Notes under the pieces: model-generated
Told to the model about the DNA's origin: nothing
What the model saw: only the letters and a program-made list of their open reading frames with translations
Databases searched by the model: none
Shown: positions 1 to 9,120 of the stretch, one piece after another
How positions within the stretch are numbered: position 1 is the stretch's first letter
Layout: every line of letters starts with the position of its first letter
Position numbers and translations under genes: made by a program
Source of the DNA: an uncultured Nitrospiraceae bacterium
GTDB taxonomy: Bacteria > Nitrospirota > Thermodesulfovibrionia > Thermodesulfovibrionales > UBA6898
DNA length: 64,000 bases
Direction of reading: 5' to 3'
Assembly: GCA_963811165.1 (NCBI GenBank)
Contig: CAWEQH010000001.1
Location: forward strand, 96,001-160,000

Positions 1-81
1 GTAGCAAAAAAATATCTGCACACGAAAGACTACGTCCTTGTGCTGGTGGGAAACATGAAGCAGGTGACTTCGGGGGATTGA
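1..81 (+). CDS. 3' end of a CDS entering the window, possibly an M16 family peptidase
   Basis: Frame 1 reads VAKKYLHTKDYVLVLVGNMKQVTSGD*, resembling M16 peptidase C-termini. Confidence 0.45.
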   Translation, partial: VAKKYLHTKDYVLVLVGNMKQVTSGD

Positions 82-84
82 GGT

Positions 85-1410
85 TTATATCGATCTCCTC
101 CTGTCCATAATATAGAGACTCTTTGCAAATGTTTTGGCGTATTGTTTGAGCTCAGTGACCTTGAGCGCCACTTCTTTAGGTTCCCGTATCAGGGTGCGGT
201 CTGTATTTACCACTGCGATAGAGACGGTCATTATCCCGAATATCGCCGGGTTGTCGTTTCTATCTATCGAAACAATGAAGCCTTTTTTCAAGTCCTCCGG
301 GTCGTAAAACTCGACTATCCCCCTATCGAATTCCTCGATAATTTTGTTGCAGACGGTAATAACGATTTCTGGGGAGCAGATGATGACGAAGTCATCCCCA
401 CCGATGTGACCGAGAAAATCGTGGAGAGATCCGAAATCTTTTTTAATCCTGGAGAGCATCTCCCCGAGCCATTTGATAATATCGCTCCCTCTTGCGTACC
501 CGTATCTGTCGTTGAAGGCCTTAAAATTGTCGAGATCGACGAGGCAGAAGGAGAACTTCTCGGTGTCGTTCAGCCGCGTCAGCAGCTCTTTCTCTATAGC
601 CAGATTACCCGGAAGTTTCGTGAGCGGGTTGGCATCGAGGTTTGTGGCCTCGAGTTCCTTCAATCGTGCGGACATCTCCTTGAAAGAAATCGCGAGGTCC
701 GCAAGTTCGTCGTCGCCCTTTATTTCGGGGAAGTTGTCGAAATTACCGCTGCGGATGGAATGGGTGGCGGCCTTCAGCCTGTTGATGGCCGTAGTCAGAT
801 GGCTCGTCAGCAAAGACGCAAAGAGGATGCCGAAGACAAAGGAGCAGGTGCTGAGGATTATCGTAATCATGAGCGCTTTTTCTCCCAGCGAACCCGCCTT
901 GCCGATATGTTTGTTCTGCTGGGCCTTGATCTTAAAGTCGATATCTCTTATTTGCTGGAGGATCTTGTTGAACCCTGATTTAAGTGGACCGGCGGATATC
1001 TCTTCAGCCTCTCCCCTCTTCCCGGATTTGACGAGCGATATCTCTTTGGCGACGAGTTGGGTGTAACTATCGTGAAGGGCGTTTAAGGGGTCAAGAGTGT
1101 TCTTCAGCGATGACTCAGTCGAGGTGATTTCGGAAAGAAGCGACTTGAACTCCCTGGCCCTGTTCCAGAAAAGATTTTCCGCGTCCGCCTGCTGCAATGT
1201 CAGGAACCGCTTTTCGTAGAGGTCTTGGGCGAGTGCGGAATCGTTCAGTTTTATGATCTTTTCTCCGACCTTCAGGTCGGAAAAAATGACGTCGGTGGTT
1301 ATCTGGTTCAGCTCCTTGAGACCCCATATGGCATATGCGCTCACGATGAGGGTAAACAACACCATCACCAGATACCCAAAAAATATCTGCTGTCTCAGTG
1401 TCAGGCTCAT
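85..1410 (-). CDS. Membrane-bound diguanylate cyclase (periplasmic helical sensor, HAMP, GGDEF)
   Basis: Two TM segments, HAMP (DELADLA), DLDNFKAFNDRYG and GGDDF motifs. Confidence 0.9.
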   Translation of the reverse strand: MSLTLRQQIFFGYLVMVLFTLIVSAYAIWGLKELNQITTDVIFSDLKVGEKIIKLNDSALAQDLYEKRFLTLQQADAENLFWNRAREFKSLLSEITSTESSLKNTLDPLNALHDSYTQLVAKEISLVKSGKRGEAEEISAGPLKSGFNKILQQIRDIDFKIKAQQNKHIGKAGSLGEKALMITIILSTCSFVFGILFASLLTSHLTTAINRLKAATHSIRSGNFDNFPEIKGDDELADLAISFKEMSARLKELEATNLDANPLTKLPGNLAIEKELLTRLNDTEKFSFCLVDLDNFKAFNDRYGYARGSDIIKWLGEMLSRIKKDFGSLHDFLGHIGGDDFVIICSPEIVITVCNKIIEEFDRGIVEFYDPEDLKKGFIVSIDRNDNPAIFGIMTVSIAVVNTDRTLIREPKEVALKVTELKQYAKTFAKSLYIMDRRRSI

Positions 1411-1683
1411 ACGATTCGAGTCTCCCTTTATATGGTGGTCCGCTTCGCAGCGTCCGGGCCGTATACTTTTTTGTCCTAACTGCTCCCCTTGATTTTATTG
1501 TATTTCTTGTGAATTGGCAAGAGTGAAAGACAGAGAAGCCCTCCATGCTGATTGGCCCCTGCCCAGTTTCGGCAGGGGCTTCCTCAAATACCTGGGGCTG
1601 AGGCATCACTGGGAAGGAATGCGGAAAAGGGCGGTTGAAATATGGTAAAATATGTGGATTTTAAGGGAGGGAAGGGCATTCGG

Positions 1684-4107
1684 ATGGCAAAACTACCGGT
1701 AAATATTGAAGAAGAGATGAAGGTGAGCTACCTCGATTACGCCATGAGCGTAATCATTGGCAGGGCGCTTCCCGAGGTGCGGGATGGCCTGAAACCAGTC
1801 CAAAGAAGGATCCTCTACGCCATGTTTAGGGAGGGGCTTCTTCCAACCAGAAAATATTCCAAAAGTGCGGGTGTCGTGGGTGAGGTGCTCAAGAAGTATC
1901 ATCCCCACGGTGACACGGCAGTATATGATGCGATGGTGAGACTGGCACAGGATTTTAACATGAGATATATGCTTGTTGACGGTCAGGGCAATTTCGGATC
2001 GATAGACGGGGACCGGGCTGCCGCATACCGTTACACGGAGGCCAGGCTTGCGAAGATATCAGAAGAGTTGTTGGCCGACATAGATAAAGAAACGGTGGAC
2101 TTTGTCGCGAACTTTGATGAGACGACCGAGGAGCCCAAAGTGCTTCCCTCAAGGATCCCTAATCTGATTATTAACGGGGCAGCGGGAATAGCCGTCGGAA
2201 TGGCCACGAATATACCTCCGCATAACCTCGGAGAAGTTATCGACGCCCTCATTATGCTTCTGGAGAATCCGGGCGTAGTAAAAGATCCCGACCCGTCGGT
2301 TAGAGAAATCATGGCCCATGTAAAAGGGCCTGACTTTCCTACAGGCGGCATAATACACGGCACTGCAGGGATAAAGGACGCGTATGCGACCGGACGCGGA
2401 CTGATTAAGGTGAGGGCCAAGGCAAGGATCGAGCGGGAGCACAGGGGCGGCGAAAATATTATTATCTCAGAACTTCCCTATCAGGTAAACAAATCCAGGC
2501 TTATTGAAAAAATCGCGGAACTTGTCAGAGAAAAGCATATAGAAGGCATTTCTGATATAAGAGATGAGTCGGACAGGGACGGCATCAGGGTGGTAATTGA
2601 ACTGAAACGGGGGGAGATGGCAGAAGTCATCCTCAACAACCTGTATAAGCACACCCAGATGGAGACGACATTCGGGATCATAATGCTTGCCATTGTTGGC
2701 GGCAAGCCCGAAGTCCACGGCCTCAAGAAGATTCTCATCCTTTTCATTCAGCACAGGCGCGATGTAATTCTCAGAAGGACGAGATTTGAACTGCGCAAGG
2801 CGGAAGAAAGGGCCCATATCCTCGAAGGCCTGAAAATCGCACTGGATCATCTTGATGAGATAATAGCGCTCATACGGTCGTCGAAGAACCCTGAAGAGGC
2901 AAGACAGGGGCTGATTGGCAATTATCAGCTGACCGCAGTGCAAGCTCAGGCTATTCTCGATATGAAACTGCAGAGGCTGACCGGGCTTGAGCGTGAAAAA
3001 ATAATTAACGAATATAAAGAGACCCTGAAGGATATCGAAAGGTTAAAGTCAATACTCGGAAGCGAAGCGCTTGTTTCCAAAATAATCGGGGAGGAACTCC
3101 TTGAGATCAAGACAAAGTATGCCGACGAAAGAAGGACCGAGATAACAGAAGAGACAAAGGAAATAACGATAGAAGACCTCATCACAGAAGAGGAAATGGT
3201 TATTACCCTTTCCCATCAGGGGTATATCAAGAGAAACCCTTTGAGCGCTTACAGGAGCCAGCGACGGGGGGGCAAGGGCCTCATCGGCATGGAAACCAAG
3301 GAAGAGGATTTCGTAGCCCAGCTTTTTATCGGTTCAACTCACGACTACATGCTGTTTTTTTCCAATCTCGGAAGGCTGTACTGGATGAAGATATACCAGA
3401 TACCTGAGGCCGGCCGTGCCGCAAAAGGCAAGGCGCTCATCAATGTCCTTCAGCTTTCAGAGGGGGAACGGATTTCCACGGCACTTCCTGTCCGGGATTT
3501 TAAGGAAGGCTATCTCGTGATGTTTACCAAAAACGGCACCGTCAAAAAGACGGCGCTGACGTCGTACAGCAATCCCAGAGGCAAAGGCATAATCGCGATA
3601 TCACTTGATGAGGGCGACGAATTGATAGCAGTACGAAAGACAACCGGCAGTAATGACCTCATCATCGGAACGCGCAATGGTTTGTCTATTAAATTTAATG
3701 AAGAAGATGTCAGGGACACAGGCAGGACGTCAAAGGGTGTGCGTGGGATAAGACTGGTCAAAGGCGACGAAGTTGTCGCGGCAGAGGTCGCAGAAGAAAA
3801 GACGGCCATACTCACCGTTGCGGAGAACGGTTTTGGCAAACGCACCAGGATAGAAGACTATCCTCTTCAGGGCAGGGGAGGAAAGGGTGTTATATCCATC
3901 AAACTCACCGATAAAGGCGGAAAAGTAGTGGGGCTGCTCCAGGTGCGCGAAGAGGACGAAGTCGTGATGATCGCGAATTCGGGCAAGCTCATCAGGACTA
4001 CCGCCCAAAACATCTCGATCCATGGCAGAAACACACAGGGCGTAAAGCTCATGGATATACCAGACGACAAGATAGCCGGCATCGCAAAGGTCGTAGAGAA
4101 GGATTAG
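1684..4107 (+). CDS. gyrA: DNA gyrase subunit A
   Basis: [27 protein letters not shown], GyrA-box QRRGGKG. Confidence 0.98.
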   Translation: MAKLPVNIEEEMKVSYLDYAMSVIIGRALPEVRDGLKPVQRRILYAMFREGLLPTRKYSKSAGVVGEVLKKYHPHGDTAVYDAMVRLAQDFNMRYMLVDGQGNFGSIDGDRAAAYRYTEARLAKISEELLADIDKETVDFVANFDETTEEPKVLPSRIPNLIINGAAGIAVGMATNIPPHNLGEVIDALIMLLENPGVVKDPDPSVREIMAHVKGPDFPTGGIIHGTAGIKDAYATGRGLIKVRAKARIEREHRGGENIIISELPYQVNKSRLIEKIAELVREKHIEGISDIRDESDRDGIRVVIELKRGEMAEVILNNLYKHTQMETTFGIIMLAIVGGKPEVHGLKKILILFIQHRRDVILRRTRFELRKAEERAHILEGLKIALDHLDEIIALIRSSKNPEEARQGLIGNYQLTAVQAQAILDMKLQRLTGLEREKIINEYKETLKDIERLKSILGSEALVSKIIGEELLEIKTKYADERRTEITEETKEITIEDLITEEEMVITLSHQGYIKRNPLSAYRSQRRGGKGLIGMETKEEDFVAQLFIGSTHDYMLFFSNLGRLYWMKIYQIPEAGRAAKGKALINVLQLSEGERISTALPVRDFKEGYLVMFTKNGTVKKTALTSYSNPRGKGIIAISLDEGDELIAVRKTTGSNDLIIGTRNGLSIKFNEEDVRDTGRTSKGVRGIRLVKGDEVVAAEVAEEKTAILTVAENGFGKRTRIEDYPLQGRGGKGVISIKLTDKGGKVVGLLQVREEDEVVMIANSGKLIRTTAQNISIHGRNTQGVKLMDIPDDKIAGIAKVVEKD

Positions 4108-4174
4108 TCATTGGCCTGTCCCGTCCCGGCTTTTTACTTGCCCTCCGGCGGGAGTAAAGTATGGGGATACTGAG

Positions 4175-4813
4175 ATGAAGGATATCCGCGCCATAGAGCT
4201 CGCGAAGGGGTTGATAAGGGAGGGCCTTACCGCACTCGATATTCCTTTCTCAGAAGATCAGGCCAATCGATTTCTTACATATCTCGAAGAGTTGAAAAAA
4301 TGGAACCGGGCGTATAATCTGACCGGGCTGAAGACAGACCGCGATATAATAATAAAGCACTTCCTTGATTCACTTCTATTCCTGAAGATGTTTCCCTCTC
4401 ACGCCACGACGGCGGCCGATATAGGAAGTGGAGCCGGGTTCCCCGGTATTCCTGTTAAGATCTTTTTACCCCTAATGAAAATGTTCCTTGTTGAGCCTGT
4501 GGGAAAAAAGGCGATCTTTCTAAGACACATCTGCAGCAGACTTGCCCTCGACGGCATTGAAATTATCGACAAGCGGATAGAAGAGGCCGAACGGCTGAAG
4601 GTCGATGTGGCAATGACGAGGGCCCTTTTCACTGTCCGTGATTTTATCGAAAAGACGAAAGGCCATATCAACAGCGGTGGAGTGTTGATTTTGAGCAAAG
4701 GGCCAAAACTCAGGGAGGAATTAAAGGGCCTGGAAATGCGCGATATAAAGGTGTCGGATCATACACTTCCCATCGATGAAACGGTGAGGCATCTCGTCGT
4801 AGTGAGGACTTAG
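4175..4813 (+). CDS. rsmG: 16S rRNA m7G527 methyltransferase
   Basis: WNRAYNLT, KHFLDSL, DIGSGAGFPG. Confidence 0.95.
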   Translation: MKDIRAIELAKGLIREGLTALDIPFSEDQANRFLTYLEELKKWNRAYNLTGLKTDRDIIIKHFLDSLLFLKMFPSHATTAADIGSGAGFPGIPVKIFLPLMKMFLVEPVGKKAIFLRHICSRLALDGIEIIDKRIEEAERLKVDVAMTRALFTVRDFIEKTKGHINSGGVLILSKGPKLREELKGLEMRDIKVSDHTLPIDETVRHLVVVRT

Positions 4814-5016
4814 GTAAGGAGTTCCCTGCTCAGTATCAGATAGGCATAGACGAACGCCATGAGCGCGAAAAAGAGCGCGCAGAAGCCAAGGAAAAAATAA
4901 AGGATGCTCTTTCCTGTTCTTCCAGCCTTATGCTCCAGGTAGGACTTGGGAAAGAGTGTCGCCGCTCCGAAAAGAAGCATTAGACCGGCAAGTATCTGTG
5001 TGACCATACGGACCAT
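4810..5016 (-). CDS. Small two-TM hypothetical protein
   Basis: Two hydrophobic helices; co-oriented with the upstream minus-strand genes. Confidence 0.6.
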   Translation of the reverse strand: MVRMVTQILAGLMLLFGAATLFPKSYLEHKAGRTGKSILYFFLGFCALFFALMAFVYAYLILSRELLT

Positions 5017-5024
5017 CAGTTAAT

Positions 5025-5672
5025 TCATACTCCCTTGAGCGGACATTCTCCGCACCGGGGCTTTGTCCTGCAGTGCTCCTTTGCCACCCTGACAAAGAGG
5101 GCATGGTATTCGTTGAAGAGACGAATGTCCCTTTCGAGATTCGAATGGAAAAGTTCCTGGAAGCTGTCATATGGGGCATCATGGTCCATGATAGTATGGC
5201 GTGAAAGCACGCGTTTTGTGTAGGCGTCGACGACAAAGACCGGTTTTTCGAGCGCATAGAGGATTATCGAATCGGCCGTCTCGGGGCCTATTCCGTTTAC
5301 CCCGAGGAGTTTCTCCCGTATCACCTCAAACTCTTCTTTCTTCATCTTCGTCATACTCCCGCCGTAGTCCCTCATGAGAAATGAGACAAAGTGTTTCAGC
5401 CTTTTTGTCTTGATGTTGAAATAACCTGCCGGCCTGATCAAAGACGCGAGCCGATTATCCGGAAGTTTGTGGATTGCGGATGCGCTCAGCTTTCCCCCCT
5501 TTTTTAAATTATCGATAGCTTTTTCGACGTTTCCCCAGTTTGTGTTCTGAGTAAGGATAGCGCCAACCGCAACTTCAAAAGGGGTCTCCCCTGGCCACCA
5601 GTGCTGGGGACCGAAGGCCTTATAAAGCTTAGTGTATAACGCATTAAGGCGACTTTTAGTAGAATGCGTCAT
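5025..5672 (-). CDS. Endonuclease III-related HhH-GPD glycosylase
   Basis: AILTQNTNWGNV, GIGPETADSI, VVDAY, C-terminal Cys cluster. Confidence 0.9.
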   Translation of the reverse strand: MTHSTKSRLNALYTKLYKAFGPQHWWPGETPFEVAVGAILTQNTNWGNVEKAIDNLKKGGKLSASAIHKLPDNRLASLIRPAGYFNIKTKRLKHFVSFLMRDYGGSMTKMKKEEFEVIREKLLGVNGIGPETADSIILYALEKPVFVVDAYTKRVLSRHTIMDHDAPYDSFQELFHSNLERDIRLFNEYHALFVRVAKEHCRTKPRCGECPLKGV

Positions 5673-6092
5673 TCAATAATTATTTCCGGCGACAGGTCCT
5701 CGCAGCCGTTTCTTTTCTGAGGTCATCTTTTTCTCCGCTAGCATCTTCTCTTTCGCCCTCTTCGACCGTTTCCTCTTCTGCCGGCGGATCTTCTCTATCC
5801 TTTGTATCTCCGCGCTTTCCTTTCCCTTTGCGAGTTGTTCGATTTTATTTGCGAGGATTACCCTTGCCCTGTATCGGTTCATGGCCTGGGAGCGTTCCTC
5901 CTGACATTTCACCTCGATGCCGGTAGGAATGTGCTTGAGATAGACACATGTTGAAGTCTTGTTCACATGCTGGCCGCCCTTACCTCCTGACCTAATAAAG
6001 GACTCCTCAATATCCTCCTCTTGGATGTCGAGGGCCTCCATTTTTTCCTTAAGCTGTTTTTCTTTTTGAGAGCTAACCGTAAAGATACTCAT
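5673..6092 (-). CDS. Peptide chain release factor-like protein (ArfB-type RF-1 domain)
   Basis: GGKGGQHVNK motif and basic C-terminal tail. Confidence 0.88.
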   Translation of the reverse strand: MSIFTVSSQKEKQLKEKMEALDIQEEDIEESFIRSGGKGGQHVNKTSTCVYLKHIPTGIEVKCQEERSQAMNRYRARVILANKIEQLAKGKESAEIQRIEKIRRQKRKRSKRAKEKMLAEKKMTSEKKRLRGPVAGNNY

Positions 6093-6136
6093 GACTATTT
6101 AATATAGCAGTTATGCCCCGTGTTTTATAATAGCTA

Positions 6137-6838
6137 ATGAAGGAAGACCTCTGGCCGGACAATATCGCCAAAGCAAGAGAAATCCAGCGTGCCCTGAAGG
6201 AAAAGGTTAAGATCGCTCCCCCAAAGAAAGTGCCCGAATTCATCGCAGCCGCTGACGCCGCCTTCTCCGGAGATATTGTATTTGCCGCTGCTTCCCTCTA
6301 TAACCTCTCGGCGCTTACTCATCTGCGGGATGTCTTTTCCGAAACAAGGGCGAGGATGAATTACCTGCCCGGGCTCCTTGCCTTCAGAGAAGGAAAGGCG
6401 ATCATGGACGCCATCAGAAAGCTTGGGGTTTCGCCCGATCTCATTCTTATAGACGGCCATGGTATCGCGCACCCTGAAGGCTGCGGTATCGCATCTCACC
6501 TGGGCATATTGCTCGGCATCCCGACGGTCGGCTGTGCAAAATCCAGACTGGTTGGGGAATATGAAGAGCCCGGACCTGAGAGGGGAAGCTGGACGTATCT
6601 CTCTCTAGACGGAACAAAGGTCGGCGCAGTCGTAAGGACAAAGGGTAACGTAAAGCCGGTCTTTGTTTCTCCCGGGCATCTCATGGACATCGACTCTGCC
6701 GTTGAAATCGTTTTGAAATGTGCCTCCGGCTTCAGGATTCCCGAACCGCTTAGGACGGCTGACAGGATTTCAAAAGAAATGAAGCGTAATTATGAGACGA
6801 GTTGCGATGGTAACCGCGATAGTGTCTTTTCAAACTGA
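6137..6838 (+). CDS. nfi: Endonuclease V
   Basis: YLPGLLAFRE, DGHGIAHP, GCAKSRL, PVFVSPGH, RIPEP. Confidence 0.93.
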   Translation: MKEDLWPDNIAKAREIQRALKEKVKIAPPKKVPEFIAAADAAFSGDIVFAAASLYNLSALTHLRDVFSETRARMNYLPGLLAFREGKAIMDAIRKLGVSPDLILIDGHGIAHPEGCGIASHLGILLGIPTVGCAKSRLVGEYEEPGPERGSWTYLSLDGTKVGAVVRTKGNVKPVFVSPGHLMDIDSAVEIVLKCASGFRIPEPLRTADRISKEMKRNYETSCDGNRDSVFSN

Positions 6839-6860
6839 GACACTACCGTAACCGCCGATC

Positions 6861-6869
6861 TGTGGATAA
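6861..6869 (-). promoter_or_regulatory. Consensus DnaA box
   Basis: TGTGGATAA (reverse complement TTATCCACA), intergenic, single copy. Confidence 0.35.
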
Positions 6870-6930
6870 TGCTTCAGCCTTTTTGGTATACTAGTAGGGT
6901 TGCGCAACTACACTTACTATCGAGGTCAAA

Positions 6931-7113
6931 ATGGGCATATTGAAAAGTATAGGGTCTTTTTTTAAAGCAGAAAACGAAACACAGGTGAGGGAAAAGGTCG
7001 GAAGAAACGACCCTTGCTGGTGCGGAAGCGGGAAAAAATATAAGAAGTGTCATCTTCTGGAGGATGAGAAGAATCCAGGCAAGAATTACCACCTGAACTG
7101 CGGTACTTCCTGA
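6931..7113 (+). CDS. SEC-C motif protein
   Basis: [18 protein letters not shown]. Confidence 0.85.
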   Translation: MGILKSIGSFFKAENETQVREKVGRNDPCWCGSGKKYKKCHLLEDEKNPGKNYHLNCGTS

Positions 7114-7224
7114 AAAGCCTCCATGGGCTGAGTTCAGCTTACCGTAACTTCGCACGATACGGGCCGTAGAAGACGGCCCCTTCTTTATACTTTACATCCC
7201 CCTTTTATTTATAATAAATATCCA

Positions 7225-9096
7225 ATGGCTGTAACGAAGAATTATGATGTGGTTATTATCGGCGCGGGCCACGCGGGATGCGAGGCCGCCCTTGCGGCTT
7301 CTCGCATGGGATTGTCGGCGTGCATATTCACCATGAACCTCGATACTATCGCGCAGATGTCCTGTAACCCTGCCATCGGGGGGCTTGCGAAGGGACATAT
7401 CGTGGGGGAGATCGATGCCTTGGGAGGAGAAATGGCGAAGATCACCGACAAGGCAGGCATCCAGTTTCGGATGCTCAACAAATCCAAGGGCCCGGCTGTA
7501 TGGTCGCTACGGGCGCAGGCCGACCGGGTCCTCTACCGGATTGCAATGAGGCAAGTGCTCGAAGACAGGCAAGATCTGGATATAAAGCAGGCTACTGTCG
7601 AGGAGATCATTGTTGAAGACGGGAATGTGCAAGGCGTCAGGACCTCGCTGGGGGTCTATTACAGTGCGAAAAGCGTTGTCGTAACTACCGGCACTTTTCT
7701 GAAGGGCCTCATGCATGTGGGCCGGGAGAGTTTTGAAGCAGGCAGGGCGGGTGAGTTCCCGTCTGTAGGTCTTTCCGATTGTCTTTCGAGACTGGGACTG
7801 AAGCTGGGACGACTGAAGACCGGGACGCCGCCGAGACTGGACGCCAAGACCATAGACTTTTCGAAGACCGAGGCGCAATATGGAGACGATCCTCCGATTC
7901 CTTTTTCCCATAGTACTGCAAGAATTGAAAACCCTCAGCTCCCCTGTTTTATCACTTACACAAATCAAGAAACTCACAGAATAATCAAAGACAACATCGG
8001 TCTTTCTGCAATGTACAGCGGCAAGATCAAGGGTATCGGGCCGAGATATTGCCCCTCGATAGAAGACAAGGTAGTGCGTTTTTTCGAGCGGGACAGGCAT
8101 CAGGTTTTTCTGGAGCCCGAAGGCCTTCAGACAAAAGAATATTACGCCAACGGCATTTCGACGAGTCTTCCTTTTGAAATACAGGTGCTTTTCGTGCGTA
8201 CGATCCCGGGCCTGGAACAGGTGGAGATCATGAGGCCTGCCTATGCGATCGAATACGACTTTGTCTTTCCGACCCAGCTTACCCACTCGCTTGAGACCAA
8301 GGCCATCGGGGGACTTTTTCTTGCCGGGCAGATCAACGGGACCTCGGGATATGAAGAGGCGGCCGCGCAGGGACTTATGGCGGGCATTAACGCGGCACTC
8401 AAGATAGAGGGAAAAAACCCCCTTGTGCTGGGAAGGCATGAGGCATACATAGGCGTGCTCATAGACGACCTTGTGACAAAGGGGACGAGCGAACCTTACC
8501 GGATGTTTACTTCCCGGGCCGAATACAGACTGCTCCTAAGACATGATAACGCCGACATGAGGCTGATGGAAAAGGGCCATGATATAGGACTCCTCGGAGA
8601 GGATGTGTATGAAAGGTTTGTCGAAAAAAAGAAAAAGATCGGGGCGGAAATGGACAGGATAAAAAAGACGCGCATTAAACCCGACGGTATTAACTCTGCA
8701 CTAAAGACACTCGGAACATCGGCCGTCAGCGAAGATATCACACTTGAACAGCTCCTGAAAAGACCTGAGGTGACATATGCGGTCATAAAAAGACATGCCC
8801 CTTCCCACCTGGAACTCAACGAAAACGATGAAAGGCAGGTTGAGATACAGGTGAAATACGAGGGCTACATCGCAAGACAGATAGAGACCGCAGAAAAATT
8901 GACGAGACTCGAAAAGAAGAAGATCCCGGAGCATCTCGATTACCGGTCATTGCCCGGAATTTCAAGGGAAATCCGCGCCAAGCTCGAAGAGGTGCGGCCT
9001 GTAACCCTCGGTCAGGCAGGCAGGATCCAGGGGATGACACCCGCCGCCCTCTCCCTTATAATGGTGACGGTGGAAAAAATGAAACAAAGGGCCTGA
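7225..9096 (+). CDS. mnmG: tRNA uridine-5-carboxymethylaminomethyl modification enzyme MnmG (GidA)
   Basis: GAGHAGCEAA, MSCNPAIGG, GPRYCPSIEDK, GQINGTSGYEEAAAQG. Confidence 0.98.
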   Translation: MAVTKNYDVVIIGAGHAGCEAALAASRMGLSACIFTMNLDTIAQMSCNPAIGGLAKGHIVGEIDALGGEMAKITDKAGIQFRMLNKSKGPAVWSLRAQADRVLYRIAMRQVLEDRQDLDIKQATVEEIIVEDGNVQGVRTSLGVYYSAKSVVVTTGTFLKGLMHVGRESFEAGRAGEFPSVGLSDCLSRLGLKLGRLKTGTPPRLDAKTIDFSKTEAQYGDDPPIPFSHSTARIENPQLPCFITYTNQETHRIIKDNIGLSAMYSGKIKGIGPRYCPSIEDKVVRFFERDRHQVFLEPEGLQTKEYYANGISTSLPFEIQVLFVRTIPGLEQVEIMRPAYAIEYDFVFPTQLTHSLETKAIGGLFLAGQINGTSGYEEAAAQGLMAGINAALKIEGKNPLVLGRHEAYIGVLIDDLVTKGTSEPYRMFTSRAEYRLLLRHDNADMRLMEKGHDIGLLGEDVYERFVEKKKKIGAEMDRIKKTRIKPDGINSALKTLGTSAVSEDITLEQLLKRPEVTYAVIKRHAPSHLELNENDERQVEIQVKYEGYIARQIETAEKLTRLEKKKIPEHLDYRSLPGISREIRAKLEEVRPVTLGQAGRIQGMTPAALSLIMVTVEKMKQRA

Positions 9097-9120
9097 CTTA
9101 ACTATGGAAACAACGAGCCC

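Noticed and set aside
142..978. Long antisense/alternative-frame ORFs (also 7507-8439, 16309-17022, 22829-23536, 42247-43002)
   Set aside because: They are shadows of well-supported genes on the opposite strand and have no motifs.
6861..6869. oriC
   Set aside because: Only one DnaA box in a short intergenic gap and no unwinding element.
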